Below, one piece after another: positions 26,075-38,272 of a stretch of 39,565 nt of DNA. How positions within the stretch are numbered: position 1 is the first letter of the stretch; every line of letters starts with the position of its first letter. Position numbers and translations under genes: made by a program. The stretch comes from Paecilomyces variotii (lineage: Eukaryota), in NCBI GenBank assembly GCA_004022145.1, contig RCNU01000035.1; one strand, written 5' to 3'. The notes under the pieces were generated by a model. That model was not told the DNA's origin, searched no databases, and was given only the letters and a program-made list of their open reading frames with translations.

Positions 26075-26223
26075 TATAACCAGGCGAAGCCGTAAAGATA
26101 TAGGAGGTAAGAAGGTTAATTGTTTTACTAGAGAGATACTGCTTACTAAGTGCTGTTAAGGCAGTTTAATAGGCGGTTTAATACTGCCGCAGCTGCAGCT
26201 ATAGCAGAGCTATATTTATAATA
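26075..26223 (-). repeat. F 3' LTR (149 bp)
   Basis: Colinear with 34386-34534. Confidence 0.95.
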
Positions 26224-27749
26224 GAATATCTCTTCCTTAAATAAAAGAAATAGTATCTGCGCTGTAATATAATTAGATATAATTTATTAGCTATAGCTAT
26301 CTTATTCTTTATTTAGGAAGACCTTTTTAGCGCTTAAAAGCTTTTTAATATTATTTTCTGTAGTCTTAATAAGCTATATAGTGCTAGTTATAAATTTATT
26401 CTGCTAAAAAATTAGCTATTTTTACTCTTTTTATTGCTATTCCTATTAATAATATTTATATTAGTAGATATTTAGCTGGGCCTAGTAGCCTTTAAAGAAG
26501 TCTTAGTAAAGCTATTTAGTAAGGTTAATAAGGCTATTATATATATAATATTAAGGGAAGAAGATAATATTATTATATTTTACTAGTTAATAATTCTTAT
26601 CTATTAGATAGTAAGATTAATTTTTTTATTATTATAGTAAGCCTAGCAGAATTATTATATATAATAAGACTAATAGCTCTCTCCGGCGAAGCTATTATTT
26701 ATTTTTTAAAAATCTTTCTCTTATTATATTTATTAGGACTCCTACTATAGCTATAAGCAGATTTTTTAAGTCTAAGAGAATTGGGCGCTTAGGGCTTAGT
26801 TTTTAAATAAGCATAATAGCTATAAAGATAAAGTGTAATTCTAGTTATAAAAACGCCTAATATTTATTTATATAGACTATGTTGTTTTAGTAGTTCTATA
26901 TTATCCCTATAATAGTTAAGTTATTTTATCTTTAAGGTTATAAGTTTTTAAATTATTTTTTACTATTTATATTAGGCTGCCCTTATTTATTATTTAGATA
27001 TTCTTATATATATTATCTCTTTATTTATTCTTTTTCTTTATTAGGGTTTATATTATTTATAGTATTATTAATATTATTTTCTAATATTAAATTATTAGTA
27101 TTACTCTCTAATATTAAATTAATAGTTAGGGGCTATAGCCTATAGTAAATTATTAATTAGGCTAAGTATATATTAAGGCTATTATTAGGGCTTAGATTTA
27201 AATTTTTATTTATAAGATTTTTACTAATACTAGATTCTCTTACTATTATAATATAGTAATATTTTTCCTTAAAGATATATTAATAATGCGCTTTAATCTG
27301 TTAATAGAATTATAGAATATTATTTAATTATGCTAGCATTGCTGTTGCGGCGTATATTAAGTATATTAATACTAAGTATTTTATTAAGTCTAGGAATTAT
27401 TTTTTTTATCTGGCCTTATAGTCTTATAATATTTCTCCTATTTAAATACTATAGTAAAGTCTTAGTCTTTTTTATAAGGTAGGTTATTCTGCTAGCTATA
27501 TATTTAGTTATATAATTATAATATAGCCTCTGTTCTTATTATTAGGCGTAAAGATATTTATTAATATATTAATATTTAATAATAATATAGGATAAGTAGT
27601 AGTTTATGCTAAATAAGAGAGGTTAAGCTAATATTTTACTAGAGTTAGCTGTAGGTATAGTATAAGGATAAAGTAAGTAAAGTATTGCTAGTATTAGCTA
27701 AGTAAGCTAATAACCCCTCCTCTAATAGTAAATATATAGAACTACTAGT

Positions 27750-30700
27750 AACTTTATTTTTATATTTTTTTATTAGCTTTAGCGCGTCTTTAAGATTATT
27801 AATATTATATTATATGTTATATTTTAGCCCCTAGCTCTTTTATTAGACTAAGTATTCTATAATAATATATTAGCGATGCTGGTAGATGTGCTTATCTATA
27901 AGCTTCTTAATTTTATAGGTCCTAGTATTATCTTCTTCTATATATAGTACTGGCGGTAGTTATAGCTATCTATTAAAGAAATTATCTCTTAGCAGGGCTG
28001 GCTCTAAGTATACTATTAAGAATATATTATATACTCTTTAATATAATAGTAGCTCTAGCTTATATACTAATTTTTTTATATATTAAATTACCTTAAAAAG
28101 TTTAATATATTATTGTAAAAACTTTCTTTCTAATACCTTTATTACTAGTATTAAGTAGCCTTTATAAAAATATAGATAGACCTAGTTACTGGGTATAAAA
28201 GCAATATAAAGATATTGCTAGTTATAATATTATTTAGCTAATATAACTGCTATTTTTATAGCTTCTTTTATATTAATCTTATATATAAAGCTTTATTCTA
28301 GTTCTATATTGTGCATAAGGTCTATAAATATAGATAACTTAATACTATATATTAGCTAATACGGTATATACCCTATAGATATGCTTTTATTATTATTAAA
28401 AGCCTCTTAAAGCTATAATAATGCTAAGGGCTAATCTATTAAGATATTTAGCGCGCTAAGGAAGTATTTAAGAGCTATCTCTGCTTACTAGTTTATACAC
28501 TTTAATTATCTATCTATTTATAGGTAAAATGCTGTTAAAAATAATAGCTAGATATTTAAGTATCTAAAAAATTCCTTTTATAAATTAGATAGAAACTTAG
28601 GGTCTTTATTAGAAATAATTTTCTATAGTAAACCCTAGTTCTTAATATATAGATAATTTAATAGGGCTGCTGCTTAATTAGCTATAGTCTAAGTAATTTT
28701 TTTTAGAATAAATATTATTCTTTTAGTAAACTTATATATTACTAATATAGCTTAATTAAGGCTATTTCTTATCTTAGGTAGGCCTATAATAAAATTAATA
28801 ATTAGTATATTAAATAGAATTAGTAGCGTTATAATAGGCTATATAGACCTAAAGGGCTAGTATTACTATATTTAATTTATTATATATTTAGAGTAATAGG
28901 TAATATATTCTTATACTAGCTTAGATATTTTATAAATAGCTAAGCTATTTAGTCTGTCTAATATCCTATTAACTCTAGAATAGTTAACTTAATTATAGGT
29001 AAGCTGTAGTATCTCCGGGACTACTAATTATAGAATATATAGATATTAATATTTATTATACCTATTAACTAAGTATAAAAGATTATCTTTTATCTTATAT
29101 AATAGTATTACCTTCGACTTATTCTATAGGTTATTTAATATTTAACTTTATTTAGAGTTTGTTTAATAGCCCTTTATTAATTTTTTCTTAAACCTAGGGC
29201 TTATCTTAACTAGAGAGATATAATAAATATCTGTCTTATTATTAATATTAGTAATAAAGATATCTATATCTCTAATATCTTTTAATAGGAGAGTATATAG
29301 CTCTACTATAACTAATAATAAATATAATAGTATATCTAGTATTATATTAGTTTTGCTGAGCTTATAGATAAAATTTAGATTAAATTATTAAATATATTAT
29401 ATTATAAGGATTAAGTATAAATTAATCTACTTTATTGAACTAGATTTTAATATAGTTTATTTAGCTATTGCTAAAGTAGCGCTATAATCTATAAATATTA
29501 TAATAATTAATTTTAATGCTTTAATAAAATAGTATATCTTCCTAAGTATCTATACTAAGTATGTAACCTTTAATTTTATTAGCTAATATTTTATTTCTGT
29601 AAAGTTTAGCTATCTTAATAAAAATAGAATTGGCTATATCTTTAACTTACTTAATATTGCCTTAGCTGGCGGGCTAGTTATTAAGAGATAATGCTTATCT
29701 GCTAATACCTTATTACATAAGTAGTATACTATTATGCTAAAACTATATCTTAATATATTTGCCCTAGAGCCGCCTATTATATTAAGATTAATATAAAATA
29801 ATCTATTTAGTAAGAAGTAGGCTAGAAAAGATAGGTCTTAGAAATATTATTTAATTTCCTAAAATAACTATAGCTCTTATTTAGTTAAAAGGCTTATTTA
29901 AGTATTAGTTATAAATTTCTAGTATAGTTTACCTTTAATAGGACTAGGGCGTAGTAATAATATCTTACAGTCTTATAAAGAACTTGTAATAATTATATAT
30001 CCTAAGATATATTAATAGAACTATTCTATAAGGATAAAAAAATACTTAAGGTCTTTTAAAATAGTAGGGAAAAGTAGGTCTATTATAGCCTTTATTTTCT
30101 TCTCTAGATTAGCTATATTAAAGGTATTAACCTAATAACCTAATAGTATTACTAAGAGAAACTTAATAAAAGACTTTTTAGGATTTAAGGCGATATTAAG
30201 CTCCTATATTATAGAAAATAGTGTATATAAGTATTATTTATAATTATTTAGTATCTTTAATGCTATAATTAGGTTGTCTATATAAATATAAATAAACTCC
30301 TAGAACTTCTGCAAATAATAGTTTATAATTTATTAAATATAGGCAGGCGCATTATAAAATCCTATTATAGCTATATTAAAAACCTTTTAGCCCTAATAAT
30401 TAACTACTACTAGTCGCAATTAATAAGGTAGGAATATTTTTTATTAGTAAAAAAAGGAGATTATATTATAAATGGAGATAAATAGTTTCTCTGCTATTAT
30501 TGCTAAGATTTTATCTTATAATAAGATAAGATAAATATTAGGTTTTATCTCTTAGTTTAGTGCGCGAATATCTATTATAATATACCCTTTTTATATTTAT
30601 TAGCTATTCTTTTTTATTATTTTTTAGATAATAAAGACTAGGTATTTAGTAGGTATATAGCTATTGGCCTATTCTATATAACCCAGGTTATAAAGTTTAT

Positions 30701-33700
30701 TAAATATATTATCTATAATCTTTTAGTCTGCTAGTTTTAATAGGTAAACTTTAAATTAATATAGGAGCTAAGCTTCTTAACCTTTCTTTAATAATATTTA
30801 TATTTATTAATCTTCTAGTATATTAGTAAAGCCGTAGTTGTCTTATATATTATATAATTTAATAATGTGCTGTAGCTAATTAGCAGTATCCTTATTTTTA
30901 TAGATAATAATGCCTTTTGCTATAACTTACTTTAGGCTTAGCTTATATACTATTTTTAGGGTTAGTCTATTATATCTTTTCTGTAAAGCCTCTACTAGAA
31001 GTATTATTATAGGGTTAATTATAAGAGTATTTATTTTATCTAATTTGCTAAATATGCCTAATTATATTTTTTATAGAATTACTTATAGCTGCTCTAAGAA
31101 GTTAAATATTTAGATAAATATTATCTTTGTATTAACTATATAAGCAAATAGCGCGATATAATTATAGCATAAGTTAAAGAGATAATCCCTATTATTAATT
31201 AAATTGCCTTTTATTTTAATTAATAGCTATATACTAGATCTTAGTAATATTATTACTCTTTAAGCTAAATAGATAAATTAGGGTATATAGTACCCTAGCT
31301 TTGCTATAATTTTTATTAGTATTATTACTCCTTAGTAAGCATTAATAATTACTATACTAGTGCCCAAATTAAGTATAAACTTATATAGTATAAGAATGTT
31401 ATTGCCTATAAGAATATTTGCTCTTAGCCTATTAACTAAATATACTTTTATTTCTAGTTTAGCCCTAACCTCTTAGCTATTAAGGGTAGTAGGCAGGTTA
31501 ATTAAAAGTTAGATAAACTAGGTAAATAGTATAACTATACTACTAATACTCTTAATTATAATTTTTAATATATTCTATATTAGTAAAAGTAGGGCTTATT
31601 ATTATAAGAACTATCTATTAATAATTATTATAAAGCAACTACTGTTTAAATAAATAATAATATATTCTTAAGAGTCCGCTATATATATTAAAGCCTTAGT
31701 ATAATACTATTCTTTAAAGAAGTATCTAGTGCCTATTTATAGCTATATTAGGGCTGTAAAGTATATTATCTGAGGTATCTTATCTCTAATTATTGTAGGC
31801 ATCTGCGGTATTATTATCTTTTTACTATACTTAAATTATATACTTTAAAGATATTAATATAGTTTATTATTTAATTTAAACTTATATAAGTATATATAAT
31901 ATTTTTAAGTAGAGGCTTCTGGCTAAATATAGTATATAAACTAATTATAGCTATTATCTCCTATATAGTCTATTATATCCTCTGTATATTTAATGCCCTT
32001 ATCTGGCCTATTATTAAATCTAGTATCTCTATATTTTATATAGTATATACCTTAATAAAACCTATCTGTAAAAGAACTAGTTTAATTATTATTAATATTT
32101 ATTAAATATTATAATATAAATAGCAGATTTTCTACTCCTAACTTATTATTAATATATATATTATATACTTATTAAGGAATAGCATTGTCTTAATTTAATT
32201 AGTCTTAATTTAGCATAAATAATTATTAGGCCCTATTATAGTTCTGTAAGAATACTTATTAAATAGCAATATCTTAGTTTAGCTAGTTATAGTTTTATGC
32301 AAATAATAATTTAAAAGGTATAAAAAATCTGCTTTCTCTACCGCCTCTATTAATAAATTATCTTATCTAATCTTAAGAAATATCAGCTATAGGCCTTATA
32401 TTTAAGGATTATTACTATAGCTATAGCCTTAAATTAGGTTATCTTAAATTATTATAGCGATATGCTTAGTATAGTAATATCTATATATAGCCTTAGTTAT
32501 TATATCTATAATTGCTATATTAATTGTATTATCCTAATTACTAATTATTCTCTAAATTAGCCTAGTCCTACTATATTATATAAGCTTTATTTACTAATTC
32601 TATAAACTATACTAATAATATATTCTTATTAGAATAAATAAGGTCTTTTTATATATATAAGGAGAATTTTATCTATACTAAATAAAGCTGCATATAAATT
32701 ATACTAGGTTTTATCGCCTTATACAGCTAGATAATTATCTATATAAAGTTCTATAGTATAACTCTATTCTATATATTAGCTATAGAATATAATATTTTTT
32801 TTAACTTATATATATTATTATATTATAATACCTGTATTAATCTTAAATCGCTTTAATAATAGTAGAATCTAAGCTTCCTTAATAAGATATATTTATAAAC
32901 TATCTTATTTAAATTTAGAAAGCTCTATTATATATTATTATAATATTTATCTCTTAAGGGATATATAAAGCTATAGCCGGATTAACTTATTACCCTTAAT
33001 TAAAATAAAATCCCAGATATATTTAGTAAATAAATAAATGTCTTTATAGAATATCTGGCTATTAATAGTTATTATCGGCCCTATTTCTATATATTTATAG
33101 TCCTTTAAATCTAGTTAAAAAAACCTGAGTTCTTTTTACTTTTAAAAGGCTAAGCTATTTAGGTATAATAATAATATTATTATAATATTGCCAGCAGTAT
33201 TCTAGTTATAGTTATAATTATTACCTAAAGTAGAGCAGTTTTTATTAGACTATATATTATCTTACTATTTGCTGAGTTTATATAAAATACCCTAATTTTA
33301 TTCCGCTAGCTTAGTTATAGTCTTAATTATTATTTTATTTAATATAGCTATTATCTTTATTATTTATATAAGCAGAATATTAATACTTATTAAATTAAGA
33401 TTAACTTCTATTAATAGCCCCGCCCTAGTATTATTATCTATATCTTTACCTTCGACTAATAGCAGTATAATATTATATATAAGTCTTTTACCTTCTATAC
33501 TGCTTATTTCTCTATTCTATTATTAATTAATTATAATATTATCTTTATCTTATCTAGCTTCTATGCTAAGCAATAATCGTTTTATATTAAAGATTAAAAA
33601 ATAGAAATTAGTTCCTAAATATAATAGCTTATTAAACTATATTTATAAAAAGTTTAAGAAGATATTAGAAATATCTATAAGATATTTAAGTATATAATAT

Positions 33701-34000
33701 TCTTAGTCCGGGAATATTAGGGTATTCTTTTAAGGGTTAGAGGAGGCCCTTATCTATATTATATATAATAATAATATCTTAAAATAGCTATAGCCTAATA
33801 GATTAATTAGTTCTTGCATTACTTTCTCCCCTAATAATACTCTTTACTCTTACTGCTAGGATAGGAAGGTAAAATTATTAGTTAATATCTTTATTGCCCT
33901 GTAAAAGCTGCTTATAGCTTAGTTTAAAATATTTTAATTAATTACCTAGTCTATAAGAAATAAAAAATTTCTTACTTATAGGGTAGTATTACTCTTTAGT
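27750..34000 (-). pseudogene. F gag-pol remnant
   Basis: C2H2-like CHICSHKFESNNKLHQHL 31901-31848; GTGYFFRGWHYA ~31697-31735; protease CLDSGC ~31636-31654; RT SFFYQW...SHQGQEVFNVAVMGFCNAPAYVQR ~30330-30460; YIDD 30273-30284; chromodomain YEIEKL...EYLVRWKGWGPE ~27770-27918. The 5' limit is approximate. Confidence 0.9.
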
Positions 34001-34385
34001 ATAATTAAGTTAACTATAAGATAAGCTAATATCGAATTTCCTTTTAGTATTAGATAAAATAAAATAATAAAGTTAATTAAGAATAAGATAACTTAGGGGA
34101 GCTAATTTCTATAGTTTAACTAGCTCGCCCGGAAAGCTATAAGCTAAAAAATAATTAATATAATTTAGAAAGGGATTATAAATAAATATTAGAAGGGAGG
34201 GTTTAAATTATTAGAGAATATAGGTATATAGTATTATAAGGATATTAATATTATCCTTATTAATACACAGCAGATTTTTCTGCAAGATAATAAGATTAAT
34301 TAACTAAAGTCTAATAATCCTAAGGTCTTAAAACTTAAGATAAAGATAATAAAGATGCTCTAATTAATTAGGATATACTACTATT

Positions 34386-34534
34386 TATAACTAGGCGAAG
34401 CTATAGAGATATAAGAAATAAGAAGGTTAATTGCTCTACTAGAGGGATACTGCTTACTAAATATTATTAAGGCGGTCTGATAGGCGGTTTAATACTGCTG
34501 TAGCCGCAGCTATAGCAGAGCTATATCTGTAATA
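34386..34534 (-). repeat. F 5' LTR (149 bp)
   Basis: Colinear with 26075-26223. Confidence 0.95.
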
Positions 34535-35569
34535 ATAAGTAAGAGTTACTCTTAGCTTAGCTATAATAGCTAGCTTAATAATAAAATAGGTTTTTTTCTT
34601 TTTTAATAGGCTTTTTAATACTACTATTAAGTTAAATAAACTTACTTATATAATAACTAAGACTATAAAAAAAGGCTAATTTAATAAAGATATAAACCTT
34701 CTATATTTTAATTCTAGTATAATATTTATTTTAGCTAATAAATTCTTTATAAGATTTAAAATAAGTAAAGATATTAACTTATTAATAGCTATAAAAGGAG
34801 TAATACTTAATTAAGGAAATAGTCTTTTTAATATTATAATAGTAATTAAAGTCTTTAATATTTTAGTAATAGTTAAAGAATTATAATCTAGTATTATATT
34901 AATAATTAAATTTAGCTATATTTTAATAATAGCAGCTATTTCCTCTATAGAGAATATAAGAGGAGAAAATAGCTTCTTAAAGGAAGAGATAACTTCTTTA
35001 AGCTATTAATATTATTAAAATTAGCATATATTATATAAACTATAAATTAGAATAATTATCTAAGAAGTCTTATTATAATAGAGTAATATAAAATAAATTC
35101 TAAGACTTATAGTTTACTCTAATTAATTAGTATTAATATAATAAATTATAATAACTTATTCTTAAAGTAAGAAGCTTTAAAAATAAATAAAAAAGCAGCT
35201 AATTTTTTAAAGTTTTTAAGCTATTATATTATTAATACTATTATACCTTTAAAAATATATCTAAATTATTATTTAAATATATTTAAGACTAAGAGTTATA
35301 TATAATAAAAGATAAGAAGATAATTATTAAAAGTTAGAATTCTAATCTTATAGTATTATATAAATAATACTTTTAGCTTATATAACTTCTTAATTCTTTA
35401 TTATAAAAATAGTAAGAAACTTCTTTATTTATTATATTATAGATCTCTATAAAGCTATATTTTATATTTAATATAATAACTTTATAATAGCTTAAGAATA
35501 AGCCTTTAAAAAAGGGGAGAATACTATTATACCCCTAGCTCTTTACTAGGGTATAAGCTTATAAGACTA
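34535..35569 (+). mobile_element. Host C, piece 4: rest of 3' region, PPT (~35508-35521) and first 45 bp of the 3' LTR (35525-35569)
   Basis: Reverse-complement match to D ~10878-11912; TATTATACCCCTAGC at 35525 is the start of the D-type LTR. Confidence 0.9.
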
Positions 35570-35708
35570 TATTAGGGTTTCTGAGAAAATATAAATATAT
35601 ATTTTATATTTACTGCGTATATTAATATTCTTTTTTTCTAAGTATTATTAGCTCTTTAAGCTATTAAATTAGTTTGAGAAATTCTATTTAAACCTATTCT
35701 TTTTAACT
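35570..35708 (+). repeat. Copia-2 5' LTR (~139 bp)
   Basis: Starts TATTAGGG (TGTTAGGG) where similarity to the C LTR ends; its last ~120 bp match the Copia-1 LTR end; followed by the PBS. Confidence 0.75.
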
Positions 35709-38120
35709 AGTTATAAGCTTAGGTTTATAATAATTTAGGAGAAATAGCTATATAATAAAAACTATTCTATTTTAAATATTTAAGTTTAAATTAGTAATAA
35801 TAAGCTACTCTTATATAAGAGAACCTATAATAAAACTACTCTAATACTATATTAAATACTAAATCTAATAAGAGTTAAATTCTATTAAAGATTAAAATAT
35901 TAATCTATTATTACTATATTCTTAATAAATAATATTAAAAATAAAAAAAGAAATCTATTTTTATTCTTTTAAAAAAGAACTATAAGAAATAATTTATTTA
36001 TATAAAAAGATAGCTTATTAATAAAGATTATTAGAAAGTTACTAAGTTTATTAAAAAGCTATATAATAATTAATTTAATAAGGCTAATATAATTATTTAA
36101 TACTAAATTATTAAATATTTATCTAAAGATAATTAAAATAAATTTATTAATTCTAATAGTATATATATATTATAGAAGGCTCTATAAATAAAATATATAA
36201 AAATTCTCTTTAATTAAAAGCATTAACTTATTTAATTATTTATATACTTTTAAATAACTCTTAAATAAATAATCTTAAATACTTAAAGTTAATTATAATA
36301 GATAAAAAAGAGAATTATAATATTTAATAGTATAATATTTTCTTTAGCTAAGCCTAAGATTAAAATATAATAATTATTTTTAATATTGCTTAAAAAGTAT
36401 ATTATAATTAAGGTAATAATTAATATATATAAGAATTTAAAGGTAGATAATATTTTAGCTATTTTAAAAAAAATAAAGACTTAATTTTAAATAAAATTAA
36501 CTATTATATTTTTAATAAAAAATAATTATATCTATAAGAAAGATTACTATATTAAAGATTACTTCTTTTTATTTATTACTTAGAAAAGTATAAGAAATAG
36601 CTAAAAATAAAGAAAGAAGTCTCTTAAATAAATATCTAATAATCTTATTATTTAAGATAAGATAATAATAAAAATAATTAATAAAATTTATAAAAAGATT
36701 TAATCCTTAAAAAATAAGAGATTAAAAGATAAAAAGCAAAGAGTATATAATATAAAAAAAACCTTAGATATTAAAAAGAGCTAATCTTAATTAAAGTCTT
36801 TAGCCTTAATTATCTTTAATAATTAAATCTTATATAAAATTACTTACCTTTTAAAAGATATTATTAATAAAAATCTATTTTAATAATATATAGATAGTAA
36901 TATTAATTTATATATAATTAATAAAAATTACTATTTTAAAAGATTACTAATTTAAATTTAATAAAGGTATATTTATATAGGCGGAGAGATCTTATATTTA
37001 GAATATATAAAAATAGCTATTTTAAAAGATAAGAATAAGAAAGTATTAAATCTAGAAAATATATTATTTATATTAAACCTTAGAGTAAATTTCTTATTAA
37101 CTAAGATATTCTGCTAATAATTAAATATATATAAGTGCTTTAATAAAAGAATAATATCTATATTAAATAAATTAGATAAAGTTATAATTTAAAATATTAT
37201 TAAATATAGAATTTATATTATTAAAGAGTCTTCTTAGATTAAATATTTAAATTATAATATATACTTATTATATTATTCCCTATTAAAAATACTCTTAATA
37301 TTATAATTATAAATTAAGAAAAAGAATTTTATTAAAATAAAATTAAAAAAAAAGAAAGATTTTATTAAAATAAAATCTAGAAAAGGTATTAATTATAATA
37401 TAGAAGAATTAGCTATCTTAAACTTAAAAAGGTTAAAAACTTATATAACTTAACTATATTAAAGAAGCTTATTAAAATAATAATAGATTATTAATATATA
37501 ATATATATTATAGCTAATATTAGAAATAAGAAAGAGATTATTAATATATAAAAAATTAATATTCTTAAACTTATTTATATAAATATATATAGTTAAATAC
37601 TAGAGTTTAAGAATAAATATATTTATTTCTTAATAATTATAGATAATTTCTTAAGAAAAATATAAGTATTTCTAATAAAAGCTAAATCTAATACTACCTC
37701 TATCTTAAATAAATAAAAAAAAAAGTTAAGATAATAATAGGTCTTTAAATTCTTAATATATAATTAAATAATATATTAAAACTTAAGAACCTTTTTAAGA
37801 CTTAAAGAAAATAATTTAATATATATTATAAACTAATAATTCTATATATATTAATATAAAATAAAGCTATAAAATAAGTATATTAAACTATTAAAAAAAA
37901 ATAAGAGTTATACTTAAAGATTTAAACCTTTTAGTTAAATTATAGATAAAGGCAGCTTAAATTAATATATATATTAAAAATAAAGTATTAAATAAACTAA
38001 TAATTAATAGGGTTTAGATATTTTTAAAGAAAGCTTTTACTAGAGTTAAGCTATTAATTAATTATTTAAAAATATAAGAATATTAAGTAATATTATATAT
38101 AAACCTAGAATCTTTATTAT
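35570..38120 (+). mobile_element. Copia-2 (relative of Copia-1): 5' LTR, PBS, gag, protease, integrase; inserted in the 3' LTR of C and interrupted at 38120
   Basis: 35709-38120 aligns with 3109-~5547 of Copia-1. Confidence 0.92.
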
Positions 38121-38272
38121 TATTAAGGTGCGGGCTCGGGAAGTAGGTTAGAACAGATAGAATAAGGTAGTTAATACTAGGACTAGTTACAGGATCTCTA
38201 TCTAGCTAATTTAGACTAGAATAGGCTGTTACAGGCAGGCTTAGTAAATAAGATATAGCTTAAGGGGCTTAA
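38121..38272 (-). repeat. Inverted terminal 152 bp of an A-family LTR
   Basis: Reverse complement of 38376-38527 and of ~2782-2933. Confidence 0.92.

Larger units (their letters stand above)
26075..34534 (-). mobile_element. Full-length Gypsy F (8460 bp) with very short LTRs; distinct RT lineage
   Basis: 149-bp direct repeats, perfect TSD ATAAG (26070-26074 and 34535-34539), PPT complement TCTCTTCCTT at ~26229-26238, pol domains on the minus strand. Confidence 0.95.

Noticed and set aside
30910-31113. 67-aa ORF from the supplied track
   Set aside because: It lies antisense inside F pol between protease and RT. Its I/L/F/Y-rich composition is what RIPed AT-rich DNA gives by chance, and it has no recognisable motif.
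34368-34385. tRNA-type PBS for element F (element strand AATAGTAGTATATCC, possibly RIPed TGGT...)
   Set aside because: It is compatible with a TGG-starting PBS but too degraded to assign a tRNA without a consensus.
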